Positions 47,240-57,534 of a DNA stretch of 64,000 nt are shown one piece after another. Every line of letters starts with the position of its first letter. Position 1 is the first letter of the stretch. The position numbers and the translations under genes are program-made. Under the pieces are notes generated by a model that had not been told where the DNA came from, made no database searches, and saw only the letters and a program-made list of their open reading frames with translations. The stretch is taken from positions 62,001 to 126,000 of the forward strand of contig JAWLHB010000010.1 in the NCBI GenBank assembly GCA_041690595.1, given 5' to 3'. The stretch is from Lentisphaeria bacterium (GTDB lineage Bacteria; Verrucomicrobiota; Lentisphaeria; JABSQK01; JAWLHB01).

Positions 47240-48207
47240 TCCGCTGGTTGTAATCCCATGAGTGAAGGACGTCCACGTAGGTACTCCGCGCCCGTCATCT
47301 CCTTCTTTCCACTCGGGATAACGCGGTCCAGGCGCAATGCCTGTTCACCGCAAGCAACGATCCAGTCCTGCGAATCCGTCTCGATAAAGGCGCCGGGCGG
47401 TGCATTGCCCCTGCTCTCCACCACCGTTGAACGGGTGATGGTTATCTGTTGTTCGCCCTTGCCCGTGGATACACGAAACCAGGCCCCAGGCCACGGAAAG
47501 TAGCCTCTGACCATGCGTTCCAGTTGTACTGCCGACCGCTCCCACGTGACCCTCCCATGCGCTTTGGCCAGCTTCGGTGAGAAGCTGGCTGCTGCATGGT
47601 CTTGTTTCGCGGGCGTGAGACCGTCGACAATGGCGTCGAGTGCGGGACATATCCTGTCGGCGGCGAGTTCAGCCAGGCGCTGCTCGAGTTCCGGGGCATA
47701 CTCCCGCCCCGTCAAGTCGATGGAATGCCTGGCGTAAACCGGCCCGGCATCCAATTCGGCGACCATCTTCATGATGGAAATGCCGGTTTGCCGATCACCG
47801 TTGAGGATTGCCGCATTGACTGGTGCTGCTCCCCGATACTTGGGAAGGAGGGACGCGTGTACGTTCACGCTCCCCGTCTTCGGGAGCTCTAACAAACTAT
47901 CTTTGAGGATCTGACCGAAAGAAAAGACCACGATCAGATCCACATCCAAAGCCGTAATCAGGCGGCGAAAATCGGCCGTATTCACGGAGGCCGGTTTGTG
48001 CACCGCTACATGGTGCTTCTCGCACCAGGCGCCGAGAGGCGTCGGTTCGAGAAGCTGTTTGCGCCCCTGTGGGCGATCCGGTTGCGTTGCGCATCCAACC
48101 ACCTCGATGCCGGCATGTGCCAACAAGGCAGCAAGCGTAGGCAAGGCAATTTCGCCGGAGCCGAGAAAGAAAAGGCGGATGGGGTTGGGGCGCGTGGAAA
48201 AGGGCAT
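47236..48207 (-). CDS. fmt: Methionyl-tRNA formyltransferase
   Basis: TQPDRPQGR, FGQIL, NVHASLLPKYRGAAP, TGISIM, LDAGP, PWPGA. Confidence 0.95.
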   Translation of the reverse strand: MPFSTRPNPIRLFFLGSGEIALPTLAALLAHAGIEVVGCATQPDRPQGRKQLLEPTPLGAWCEKHHVAVHKPASVNTADFRRLITALDVDLIVVFSFGQILKDSLLELPKTGSVNVHASLLPKYRGAAPVNAAILNGDRQTGISIMKMVAELDAGPVYARHSIDLTGREYAPELEQRLAELAADRICPALDAIVDGLTPAKQDHAAASFSPKLAKAHGRVTWERSAVQLERMVRGYFPWPGAWFRVSTGKGEQQITITRSTVVESRGNAPPGAFIETDSQDWIVACGEQALRLDRVIPSGKKEMTGAEYLRGRPSLMGLQPAE

Positions 48208-48259
48208 GTTCGAAGCTATGTCATCCTGATGCAAGGTCGCAGCAGGCTCCTTGAACTCG

Positions 48260-48288
48260 TTGACAAGGTGAAGAAGTGATTTTATCTC
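48260..48288 (+). promoter_or_regulatory. Putative sigma-70 promoter for AsmA-like gene
   Basis: TTGACA-N17-TATCTC. Confidence 0.55.
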
Positions 48289-48314
48289 CAGAAGATCGGT
48301 GATACTATACCACC

Positions 48315-51300
48315 ATGAAACTGGAATCAGCACGACTAAAAATAGCAATCTTTTCTGGATTGTCATCCCTGATTTTCATTTTCCTCGTCAATCTCTGGCT
48401 GGAGACCTGGGGAGTTCCGGCCATGTACCACGATCATTTGCTCGCGACGATGCGCCGTCGGGGGGTGCATGTTCAGGCGGAATTGATCCAATTGGGGATC
48501 GTGCGCGGTGTGCGCCTGCGCAACGTCACGGTCTTCGACGAAAGTTTGAACAATTGGCCGCTGATTCAAGCGGAAGAGGTGCGGATCGTGCCGAATGTCG
48601 GCAGCCTGTTCAAGCCGAGCGCGGCAATCGACCGTCTCGAGATCGAGGAAGGACGCCTGCGAATGCCGCTGCCGGGCACGGCATCCGCGGATGCCGGTGA
48701 AGCATCGGTGCTGCACCTGCATAATCTGCGATTTCGCCTCCAGGAGACGGAGCATACATACGTGGTGCGCGATCTGCAGGCCCAGGTGGAGAACGTGGTG
48801 GTGCAGGCACAGGGCCGGCTGGTAAAGAGCGGCGTCGATGAACCGCCCGCCGGATGGGATGCGCTGGTAGCCTGGCTCAACAACCGCGAGCGCCTCCATG
48901 CGATGAATCCTGCCTGGCGAGAGCGCCTGCTCGATATCAAGAGCTTTCTGCGTGCGGTGAATTACCGCGCCGAGCCGTCGCTCAGCGTCAATTTCCGTGT
49001 GCCCCTGGCACGACCGGAGCAGGCACGCGTACGCCTGGGGCTGCTTCTGCGTGACTTTTCATGGCGGGGGCTTGGCGTTCAGCACGTCACCAGCAGGGTG
49101 AGGCTGGAACCTGGGAGCTGGAAGATAGAAGAGCTTTCGGTGCAGTTGACCGATCAGGAGTGGCTCCACGCCGAAGGGGTGATCGATCCCGCAAGCTGGC
49201 AGTTGCAGGCGATAGCCGCGCTACGCATGTACCCCCGTCGCTATTTCGTCCTGGCCGACAGCTGGCTCCTGGGATCTCCCTACTTTCCCGACTTCACCGG
49301 CGCCCCACCCTATGTTTCCCTTCGCATCGCCGAATCGCCACTGTTCACGCCGGAGCGCTGGGATGTGACTGCCTTTGCCGAGGTGGAGTCCGCGCGAATG
49401 TTCGATACGGCGATCCGCACTGCTCGCGGCCGGGTGGCCTGGAACGGTGATCGTCTCCATGTCACGGAGTTTCGGGCAGTCCTGCAGGACGAGGCCCGCA
49501 TCGAGGCAGACTATCTCTACCATCCTCACGAAGGCCGTATGCTCCTGCGCGCCAACGTCACCGGAGAACCTCATTTTGTACCTCAGTTTACTCCGGATGA
49601 GGCGTTTCGCGACTTCTATCCAAAGATCTGGGAGAGCTTTGACTGGCGATCGGCCATACCACCACATTTCGAGTTCGACCTGTACCGCTATGCGGGCGAC
49701 GATGGCAGCAACCTCTTCATCCATGGCCGTTCCGAAATGCGGGACTTCAACTACAACGGCCAGCACGTGGATTCGGCGACGGGTTCCGTTTACCTCGACC
49801 TGGCCAGTGACCAACTCCTGATCACCGATCTGCACGTGGTACAGAGTGGGCAGCAAGCCACCGGCAACCTGCTATTCCAGTTTCAGGATGACGATTCTCA
49901 CCTTCGTTTCGATGTGGACAGCCATCTGGAGTCGCGGGTCCTGCTCAATCTCGTACACCCGGAATGGCGCGCGGCCCAGGAAAGGCTCGGCCTGACCTTT
50001 CCAGAGGGAGGACACTTCATTGCCCGGGGGGCCATTCCGCTGGACGGCGACATGCTGGCGGAGAGCGTGGCCTCCGGCACTCTCTTTGCTGAGACCGCGT
50101 CCATTCGTGGCAGCACGGCCGAGGGGCTGCTGGCGCATGCAAACCTGACCCATGGCAATCTGCACGCGACCGCCATGGTCAACCGACTGGTGCGCGACCA
50201 CGACGCCTTGAATCAAGTCGAGGCAACCATCGAATCGGACTTTTCCATGGTGTCACTGGTGGCGACCGCCCGGAGTCTCGACAACAGCAGACTCTCTGCG
50301 ACGAGCCCTGGCTGCGCGCTTGTCTGGGAGGATGGGAGCTGGAGTGGCGGGCTTCGGGCTGAAGCTGCCGCCTGGCGCGACCACAACGGAAAGCCCCTGC
50401 TGGATATCGGCAATGTGGAGGTCAATGAGCTGGCAATCACCGCCGAGGGTGTCACCGCGGACATCATCGCCATCGACCTCTCCAGCCCGTTTGCCAGCAT
50501 GAGCAGTTATCAGGGCAACGTTATGCTTCAGGACGAGCGGCCACGGCTCTCGGGCACGGTCCATGATCTGCGCATTCCCGTGATCTCGGGCGTGGCCGCC
50601 GAAGCGAAGCTAACGGGGCATATTGATGACGACGGGGCCATGCACCTGTGGCTGGAAACCGACACAATGAAGGGAAGGGACGAGGTGACACTCCAAAAGC
50701 TTTGGGTACATCTCATCGACAAAGAGGAGCGCATCACCTCGGTTTGCCGAGTCGAGAGCCTTTCCGTGCCGGATGTGGTCAAGGCCGAGGAGGTGCTGGG
50801 GACCTTGCAGATCATTGGCGACACGGTGCATTTCGAGACAACCGCCGGCCGTGTTGTCACCTCACACGTGGATTGCGGTGGAGTCGAAGCGTGGGGCACG
50901 AGGACAGCGGGCGATCTGGTGGCCGACGTGAGCGCCAACGAGGTGCGGCTCAGTCAGGATTATGTCCTGACCGATCTGCGCGGCCCGCTGACCTACCGCA
51001 ATGACGAGCTAGCCCTGCACAACATCACGGCCAATGCCTACGGAGGCAGGATCACCGGGCAATTTCACCTGGCACCTCAGGAGCGCGGCGGGACGCTTCA
51101 ACTGGTCATCAATGGTATGAAGCTGGAGCACCTGCCGACCGCTGACGACACGAACGACGAGCGAAAGGATCGCCCAAACGAAATGCACGGCGCCATCGAT
51201 GCCCAGATCGGCACCCGATTCAGCTACGAAGGGGAACAGGGGCTGGTGATCCATGGCAATGGCGAGATGACCATCGGAGATGGGGCCATCTGGCGCTTTC

Positions 51301-51773
51301 CAATCCTCAGCGAGTTCCTCGACCTCCTCAACCGGGTGAATCTACTGGCAAAGCTTCGCCTGGTACCGGACGAGGAATTCGGCAGAATAACGCAGTTGAA
51401 GTCGACCTTCGAGTTCCAGGGCAACCGTATCTATGTCGACAGCATGCGGACGAACGGCAGTATTCTTGCCCTTTCTGGAGAAGGATATTACTGGTGGAAG
51501 ACGCAAGGGGTGGATTTTCGGCTGCAGGCCCATCTATTACGCAATCTTCTTCCGGTTCCGCTCTTCAAGCCGTTCATGGCTTTCTTCGAGCGTCGCCGTC
51601 TGGGAACGCTGAAAGATGGCAGATGGGAAGAGCTCACCGCTTTGCGTGATGTCTTCCGCTCTGAGACGCCCCCGGTCGATCCCACCATAGAGGCGGAAGC
51701 TGAACGAAAGAGTAAAGAAACCGACAGTGATGAAACACCTCTGCCGCCTGCGCTCAACGAGGATGTACCCTGA
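48315..51773 (+). CDS. AsmA-like (YhdP/TamB-type) membrane-anchored beta-rich protein
   Basis: N-terminal TM anchor, long beta-strand-rich body, C-terminal AYGGRITG, GNGEMTIGDG, LSGEG; 1152 aa. Confidence 0.72.
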   Translation: MKLESARLKIAIFSGLSSLIFIFLVNLWLETWGVPAMYHDHLLATMRRRGVHVQAELIQLGIVRGVRLRNVTVFDESLNNWPLIQAEEVRIVPNVGSLFKPSAAIDRLEIEEGRLRMPLPGTASADAGEASVLHLHNLRFRLQETEHTYVVRDLQAQVENVVVQAQGRLVKSGVDEPPAGWDALVAWLNNRERLHAMNPAWRERLLDIKSFLRAVNYRAEPSLSVNFRVPLARPEQARVRLGLLLRDFSWRGLGVQHVTSRVRLEPGSWKIEELSVQLTDQEWLHAEGVIDPASWQLQAIAALRMYPRRYFVLADSWLLGSPYFPDFTGAPPYVSLRIAESPLFTPERWDVTAFAEVESARMFDTAIRTARGRVAWNGDRLHVTEFRAVLQDEARIEADYLYHPHEGRMLLRANVTGEPHFVPQFTPDEAFRDFYPKIWESFDWRSAIPPHFEFDLYRYAGDDGSNLFIHGRSEMRDFNYNGQHVDSATGSVYLDLASDQLLITDLHVVQSGQQATGNLLFQFQDDDSHLRFDVDSHLESRVLLNLVHPEWRAAQERLGLTFPEGGHFIARGAIPLDGDMLAESVASGTLFAETASIRGSTAEGLLAHANLTHGNLHATAMVNRLVRDHDALNQVEATIESDFSMVSLVATARSLDNSRLSATSPGCALVWEDGSWSGGLRAEAAAWRDHNGKPLLDIGNVEVNELAITAEGVTADIIAIDLSSPFASMSSYQGNVMLQDERPRLSGTVHDLRIPVISGVAAEAKLTGHIDDDGAMHLWLETDTMKGRDEVTLQKLWVHLIDKEERITSVCRVESLSVPDVVKAEEVLGTLQIIGDTVHFETTAGRVVTSHVDCGGVEAWGTRTAGDLVADVSANEVRLSQDYVLTDLRGPLTYRNDELALHNITANAYGGRITGQFHLAPQERGGTLQLVINGMKLEHLPTADDTNDERKDRPNEMHGAIDAQIGTRFSYEGEQGLVIHGNGEMTIGDGAIWRFPILSEFLDLLNRVNLLAKLRLVPDEEFGRITQLKSTFEFQGNRIYVDSMRTNGSILALSGEGYYWWKTQGVDFRLQAHLLRNLLPVPLFKPFMAFFERRRLGTLKDGRWEELTALRDVFRSETPPVDPTIEAEAERKSKETDSDETPLPPALNEDVP

Positions 51774-51821
51774 GCGTGTGATGACGCGGCAGCGCTGTAG
51801 AGATAGCCTAAAGGACGATGT

Positions 51822-52997
51822 ATGAAGCAAGCAGTGATTTTTGGAGCAGGTAACATTGGCCGCGGATTCATTGGCCAGCTCTATTCAGAATCCGGATATC
51901 ATGTAACCTTCGTCGATATTGACGAGACGGTGCTCAACCTGCTGAACGAACGCGGCACCTACCGGCTGCAGGCTGTCTTCGATGAGCAGGTGGACGAGGA
52001 GATCATCGGGCCGGTAAGCGCGATTCACGCCGGTGACACCGAAGCCGTCATCGAGGCGGTGTGCCGGGCGGAAGTGGCCGCGACGGCGGTCGGAGCGCGC
52101 GCCTTGCCGGCGGTGGCGCAGGCCATGGCTGCCGGAATCGAGGCGCGCGCGGAACAGGATCTCCCCCCCCTCAACATCATCCTGTGCGAGAATTTGAAAG
52201 GCGCCGCCCAGCTCGTACGGGAGATGGTCGAGAAGCATCTCACACCGGCAGCTCGCGAGTACGCCCGGAGCGCCGTGGGCTTCGTCGACACCGTCATCGG
52301 ACGCATGGTGCCCTTGCAAACGGAAGAGCAGCGCGCAGCAGATCCGACCTGCGTTCGCGTTGAACCCTACAAGGAACTGCCTGTCGACCAGAGTGGTATC
52401 CGGGGAGAGATACCCACTATCGCTTCGCTGGTGCCGGTTGCCGATTTTGGCGTCTATACAGCGCGCAAGCTCTACATTCACAACTGCGGTCATGCGCTCT
52501 TTGCATATCGCGGCTATCAGCTTGGTTATGAATATGGATATGAAGCGTTGGCCGACAAGCGCGTGAGCAAATTCCTCTTTGCTGGCTGGCAGGAATCGCT
52601 CAAGGGGATTGTTCACCACTACAATGCCGATCCGCAATGGATTCGCGACCACATGGAAGATCTCTTCCGGCGCTTCCAGAATAAGGCGCTGGGCGATACC
52701 ATCTTCCGTCTGGCGCGGGACCCGGTCCGCAAGCTGCACTCATCGGACCGCTTGATCGCTCCGGCACGACTCGCGGAGGAGGCGGGCATTCTGCCAACCA
52801 CGCTGGCTGCCGGCATCGCCGCCGCCTACCGTTTCGATGCACCGAATGACCCTGTTGCGGTTCAGCTTCAGGAGCGGTTGAAGGCGGACGGACTGGGGCC
52901 AGTCATGGAGGAGATCAGCGAAATCTCGATCGACGAACCGCTGGGCAAAGCGGTGAAGGCAGCTTACGACCAGGCTGAATCAGGGGAGGGGGCGTAA
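51822..52997 (+). CDS. mtlD: Mannitol-1-phosphate 5-dehydrogenase-like
   Basis: FGAGNIGRGFIG, TAVG, NIILCEN, RKLYIHNCGHA, RFQN, RDPVRKL...DRL. Confidence 0.85.
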   Translation: MKQAVIFGAGNIGRGFIGQLYSESGYHVTFVDIDETVLNLLNERGTYRLQAVFDEQVDEEIIGPVSAIHAGDTEAVIEAVCRAEVAATAVGARALPAVAQAMAAGIEARAEQDLPPLNIILCENLKGAAQLVREMVEKHLTPAAREYARSAVGFVDTVIGRMVPLQTEEQRAADPTCVRVEPYKELPVDQSGIRGEIPTIASLVPVADFGVYTARKLYIHNCGHALFAYRGYQLGYEYGYEALADKRVSKFLFAGWQESLKGIVHHYNADPQWIRDHMEDLFRRFQNKALGDTIFRLARDPVRKLHSSDRLIAPARLAEEAGILPTTLAAGIAAAYRFDAPNDPVAVQLQERLKADGLGPVMEEISEISIDEPLGKAVKAAYDQAESGEGA

Positions 52998-52998
52998 G

Positions 52999-54135
52999 AT
53001 GATCGGCAAAGCAGTTGTCGCGGGGCATGTTTGCCTGGATGTGATTCCCCACATGGATCGCGAGTTCGATCTGCTGCCGGGGCGGCTCTACGAGGTGGGT
53101 TCGGCATTGATGGCAACCGGCGGCGTGGTTTCCAATACCGGCGTCGCGCTGCACCTGCTGGGTATACCCACTGTTCTCATGGGCAAGGTGGGCGAGGACA
53201 GCTTCGGCAAGTCCATTCTGGAGATCTTCGAAGGCTACAGCCCTGACTTGACCATGGGTATGCGCATTGACCCGCGGGTAGTAAGCTCCTATTCGATCGT
53301 GATCAATATTCCTGGTCGCGATCGCGCCTTTCTCCATTGCCCCGGCGCCAACCACACCTTCGGGGTCGACGATATCGACTACGAACAGACGGCCGGCGCC
53401 GCACTCTTCCATTTCGGCTATCCGCCCCTCATGGCAGCGACCTACGCCAATGATGGCGAGCAGTTGGAATCGATGTTCAAGCGCGTCAAGGAGGGCCGAA
53501 CCGCCACCTCGCTGGATATGGCCATGCCGGATCCCGGCAGCACCAGCGGCAAGGCAGACTGGCAACGCATTCTCGCCCGCACGCTCCCGCACGTGGATAT
53601 CTTCCTGCCCAGCGCCGATGAGCTGCTCTACATGATCGACCGGGATGCCTATGGACTTGGCGACGATCTTGACGGCGCCCGCATCAGCAGCCTTGGCGAG
53701 CGACTGCTGGAAATGGGGGTGGCCATCGGCGGTGTCAAGCTGGGAAGCCGCGGTCTCTATTTTCGTACGGCTGACCGGGAGCGGCTGGCCAAAGCGCTAC
53801 CCTTCATAGACGCGGCCGCCTGGGCAGACCGGGAACTCTGGTTTCCAATCTACAAGGTCCCCATGGTTGGCGCGACTGGCGCCGGAGATACGACTATCGC
53901 TGGCTTTCTCGCCTCCCTCCTCCGTGGACTTTCACCTGAAGAAGCCGGCACCATGGCAAATAAAGTGGGTGCGATGAACGTTCAAGCCGCCGATGCACTC
54001 AGCGGACTTCGAGACTGGGAGACCACCCGCGCCACCATGGCACAGGTGGTGCAGGTTCCAGTCGAAGCACGAGCCGAAGGCTGGCGGTTGGCCGACGGTG
54101 GTTTCCTCATTGGGCCGGCTGACGCGCGACGCTGA
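52999..54135 (+). CDS. PfkB-family carbohydrate kinase
   Basis: GGVVSNTG, GKVGEDSFG, VKLGSRG, GATGAGD. Confidence 0.9.
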   Translation: MIGKAVVAGHVCLDVIPHMDREFDLLPGRLYEVGSALMATGGVVSNTGVALHLLGIPTVLMGKVGEDSFGKSILEIFEGYSPDLTMGMRIDPRVVSSYSIVINIPGRDRAFLHCPGANHTFGVDDIDYEQTAGAALFHFGYPPLMAATYANDGEQLESMFKRVKEGRTATSLDMAMPDPGSTSGKADWQRILARTLPHVDIFLPSADELLYMIDRDAYGLGDDLDGARISSLGERLLEMGVAIGGVKLGSRGLYFRTADRERLAKALPFIDAAAWADRELWFPIYKVPMVGATGAGDTTIAGFLASLLRGLSPEEAGTMANKVGAMNVQAADALSGLRDWETTRATMAQVVQVPVEARAEGWRLADGGFLIGPADARR

Positions 54136-54142
54136 TTCCCGC

Positions 54143-54211
54143 GATTATCTTACCTGCTGCTGTTGGAAAACAGCGACCTTCATCTATACTTAATGAGGGT
54201 CGTGATTATCT
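54143..54211 (+). promoter_or_regulatory. Putative promoter flanked by GATTATCT direct repeats and two hairpins
   Basis: TTGGAA-N16-TATACT; GATTATCT at 54143 and 54204; hairpins at 54159-54174 and 54175-54201. Confidence 0.5.
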
Positions 54212-54238
54212 GTACACCACTGAGGTTAGTTTACCAGC

Positions 54239-55342
54239 ATGGATTCGATGATAGCCAGAAAGTTGACGATACTCGCCACTCGCTTGATTGACCAGGAAAA
54301 GGCGCATGTGTTGGTCCCCCCACAGCAGGCCGCCGCGGGCTTCTGGTTCGGGGGCGGTAACATGGTCCGCCTCGAAGATGGTTCGCTGGTGATCTGTGGC
54401 CGGTATCGCAATTATGGCGACTCACGCACCGGACTGGCCGCCGGCGAGCGCGGACTTGAACTGGCGCTCTTCCGGGCGGCCGCATTTTCGGGACCATGGG
54501 AGAAATTTATCAGCTTCAAGAAAGCTGATGTGCAGGTCGATACGACGGAAGTGCTTTCCATTGAAGGCTCCTCACTCTACGTCAGCGAGCGTGGCGTCGA
54601 GCTTTTTCTGTCGAGCGAGAAACAGCTTCAGTATCCTCCCGGGCTTGACCAGTACCGCAAACCCGGAACGGGGGTCTGGTCGATCGACGTCATCCACGCA
54701 TCGTCGCTCAGCGGACTGGAATCAGCGGATATCGTTCCAGTGTTGAGTTCAGAGGATCCGCCCTTTCTGCATGTCAAGGATCCGGTGGTCTTCACCAGCC
54801 CCAGCGGCAATACCGCTTTGCTGTACTGCAGCCATCCCTTCGCGTGGAGCAGCTCGAATACTGGCCTGGCCTCCCGCGAAAGTGGTGAGAACTGCTTCTG
54901 CAAGGTCGCTGACAGCGTCATGTCGCGAGGCTTTGTCTGGGATGTCGCGGCCACCCGCATCACCGATCGCATGCCGGTTCCGAAGCTGGGCGTCCTCGCC
55001 AAGCTGCCGGATATCTCGCTCTACTTCTATGATGGTGCCGAATGTGTGCGCCAGCATGACCAGAACGCGAACGCGGTGCAGCGCCCACGTGGCTATTCCT
55101 GCGAAGAGATCGGCGGTTTGGCCGGCGGATATGACGAAGCCTTTCCGGAGATCGACCACATCAGCGTGGAAGCCCCCCTCTTCATCTCGCCATGGGGAAC
55201 CGGCTGCAGCCGCTATGTCTCCACGCTGGTTACCGCCGATGGCATCCATGCAATCTGGCAACAATCCCGGCCCGACGGCTCACAGCCTCTCGTCGGGCAT
55301 TTCCTGCCGATGGCGGAAGTGGAAAAGATACTCAAGCCCTGA
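54239..55342 (+). CDS. Hypothetical protein, possibly beta-propeller glycosidase-like
   Basis: GFWFGGG, SIEG, HVKDP, SRY; lies next to sugar-metabolism genes. Confidence 0.6.
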   Translation: MDSMIARKLTILATRLIDQEKAHVLVPPQQAAAGFWFGGGNMVRLEDGSLVICGRYRNYGDSRTGLAAGERGLELALFRAAAFSGPWEKFISFKKADVQVDTTEVLSIEGSSLYVSERGVELFLSSEKQLQYPPGLDQYRKPGTGVWSIDVIHASSLSGLESADIVPVLSSEDPPFLHVKDPVVFTSPSGNTALLYCSHPFAWSSSNTGLASRESGENCFCKVADSVMSRGFVWDVAATRITDRMPVPKLGVLAKLPDISLYFYDGAECVRQHDQNANAVQRPRGYSCEEIGGLAGGYDEAFPEIDHISVEAPLFISPWGTGCSRYVSTLVTADGIHAIWQQSRPDGSQPLVGHFLPMAEVEKILKP

Positions 55343-55363
55343 GCAGCGTTTCACGGGCAGCCC

Positions 55364-56683
55364 TTACCAACGGATCAGCTCGTCGACCTTCACCGGGTTG
55401 CCGGTCACGATCGAGATGTTTCCCGCGATGCCGGACATGATCGAGTTGACGCCGTCAACGTAACCGGCCGCACGACCGAGTGGATCCGGGCCGGCACCCC
55501 GGAAGACGTCGTTGAGCAGACGCACGTCCCCACCACCGTGACCGCCAAGGTTCGTCTCTTCGTACTCGATCACCTGGGGTTTGCCCCAGAGCGGCTGGAA
55601 GATGATCTCGGGGACGAGTTCCTTCTTCTCGCCATGCAATTCACGCATGCCGGGCATGTTGAAGTCCTCATGCTGACCGCTGACATAGGCCTTCTCGACG
55701 ACATTGAATTCGAGCCGTCCCTTCGTGCCATTGAAGGCAACCCGGTATCCCTCCCAGGGGCAGTGGGCATTGAGGGAATAAGTCATCATCGCCTTGTTGC
55801 GGTAGGTGATGTTGACCGCCATCGTGTCATAGATGGAGATGCCGTCGCCAAAGACGCTCTGATCACGGAAGTAACCGTCTTCGTGCTCGGCATCGAAATA
55901 GAGCCCCTTGAGCACATCGTCCTCATCCGTCACATGCAGGGCAAAGGGATCGGCGGCGGCGATCTGGTTATCCCTGGCTCGCGAATAGAATTGCGAGACG
56001 CCCCGGTTCTCGGCATTTTCGCGGCCATAGTAGCGCAAACCGCCTTGTGCATAAACGATCGCGGGAGAGCTGTTGATCCACCAATTGACCAGGTCGAAGT
56101 GATGGGTCGCCTTGTGGACAAGCAGACCGCCGCTATTGCGCATGTCACGGTGCCAGCGCCGGAAATAGTCGGCGCCGTGCTGGGTGTCGAGCAGCCATTC
56201 GAAGTGGACGGAGAGGATGTCGCCCACGACGCCACTCTGAATGATCTCCTTGATCTTCGAGTTGCGTGGCGAATAGCGATAGTTGAAGGTGACGATCAGG
56301 TTCCTGCCGGTCCGCTTGACGGTATCGATGACCTGCTGGCACTTCTCGACATCGACGGTCATGGGCTTCTCACTGATAGCGTCGCACCCCAACTCCATGG
56401 CCCGGCAGATGTACCGGTGATGGGTGCGATCGACGCTGGTGACGATGACGCAGTCGGGCTTCTGCTCGGCAACCATTCGGTCGAATTCATGCGCGAGGTA
56501 GGTAGGGCGTGGCTCGGCGTCGAAGAGCTTGGCGAAACGCTCGTTGTGGAAGTTCATCCGACTTTGATTCACGTCGCAGAGGGCGACGAGCTCGGCAGTG
56601 TTGGCGAAGTCGCCAAAGATGGCGTGCGTGAACATCTGGGAGCGGCCGCCGGTGCCGACGATTGCATATCGTTTCTTAGCCAT
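55364..56683 (-). CDS. Gfo/Idh/MocA family oxidoreductase (YteT-like)
   Basis: YAIVGTGGR, SEKPM, FNYRY, HGADYFRRWH, GGLLVHKATHHFD, GHGGGD. Confidence 0.92.
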   Translation of the reverse strand: MAKKRYAIVGTGGRSQMFTHAIFGDFANTAELVALCDVNQSRMNFHNERFAKLFDAEPRPTYLAHEFDRMVAEQKPDCVIVTSVDRTHHRYICRAMELGCDAISEKPMTVDVEKCQQVIDTVKRTGRNLIVTFNYRYSPRNSKIKEIIQSGVVGDILSVHFEWLLDTQHGADYFRRWHRDMRNSGGLLVHKATHHFDLVNWWINSSPAIVYAQGGLRYYGRENAENRGVSQFYSRARDNQIAAADPFALHVTDEDDVLKGLYFDAEHEDGYFRDQSVFGDGISIYDTMAVNITYRNKAMMTYSLNAHCPWEGYRVAFNGTKGRLEFNVVEKAYVSGQHEDFNMPGMRELHGEKKELVPEIIFQPLWGKPQVIEYEETNLGGHGGGDVRLLNDVFRGAGPDPLGRAAGYVDGVNSIMSGIAGNISIVTGNPVKVDELIRW

Positions 56684-56788
56684 GGGAACCTTTCTTGACG
56701 TAGGCAGAGTGGATGACAACGTTGACGGGAACAGAGAATATAATCGTGCCGGAGGGCATGTCTACCCCCACTCGTTGATCATTCGCAG

Positions 56789-57340
56789 TCACTCCTTCGG
56801 GGGATGCGCCTCGTCCGGCAGCATGTACTTGTGCAGGATGAATCCCTGGGCAATAATGAAGGCGATGGTCAGGCCAAGGAGACCGAAGAGCTTGAAATTC
56901 ACCCACGCATTCTCCGAGAAGGTGTAGGCGACATAGAGATTGAGAGCACCCGTCAGGATGAAGAAGAGAACCCAGGCCAGATTGAGGCCGATCCAGAGAG
57001 CCGGAGGTGGTTGTACGGCTTTCTCCATCATGCGCTGGATAAGAGGCTTTTCGCCGATGAACTGGCTTCCAAGGAAGACGAGGGCGAAGAGCCAGTTGAC
57101 GAGGGTGGGCTTCCACATGATGAAGCGCTCGTTGTGCAGAATCAACGTGGCCCCGCCCAGAACGGCGATGATTGCCAGGGTCGCCAGTTGCATCTTTTCG
57201 ACCCTTCGCTTCACGGCATACATGATGGCCACCTGGAGGGCGGAGACCACGATTGCCACCCCCGTGGCCCAGTAGATGTCGGCGCTCTTGTAGACGACGA
57301 AGAAGAGGATGATCGGCAGAAAATCAAAGAGCAGTTTCAC
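56789..57340 (-). CDS. yciB: Inner-membrane protein YciB/IspZ
   Basis: KLLFDFLPIILFF, GGATL, FIMWKPT, WVNFKLFG. Confidence 0.92.
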   Translation of the reverse strand: MKLLFDFLPIILFFVVYKSADIYWATGVAIVVSALQVAIMYAVKRRVEKMQLATLAIIAVLGGATLILHNERFIMWKPTLVNWLFALVFLGSQFIGEKPLIQRMMEKAVQPPPALWIGLNLAWVLFFILTGALNLYVAYTFSENAWVNFKLFGLLGLTIAFIIAQGFILHKYMLPDEAHPPKE

Positions 57341-57534
57341 AGGGAGAATCCATGGGCCTGGGTGATGGAGTTGAAGAAAGGCAACGATTGTGCCGTTGCG
57401 ACCGAAATGCAAGCTTGTTTTCGAGCAGAATGTGAACTAATCTTGTAGGGGAAGGAGAGAAATTGGCAGCAGCGGCGACGCCTTTGTCAGCGCCTGCCTT
57501 ATCAAGAACCTGGCATGAGGAATGGTGATACTGG

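Noticed and set aside
56722..56744. TTGACG...TATAAT promoter-like pair
   Set aside because: The spacer is only 11 bp and the pair points antisense to the flanking genes.
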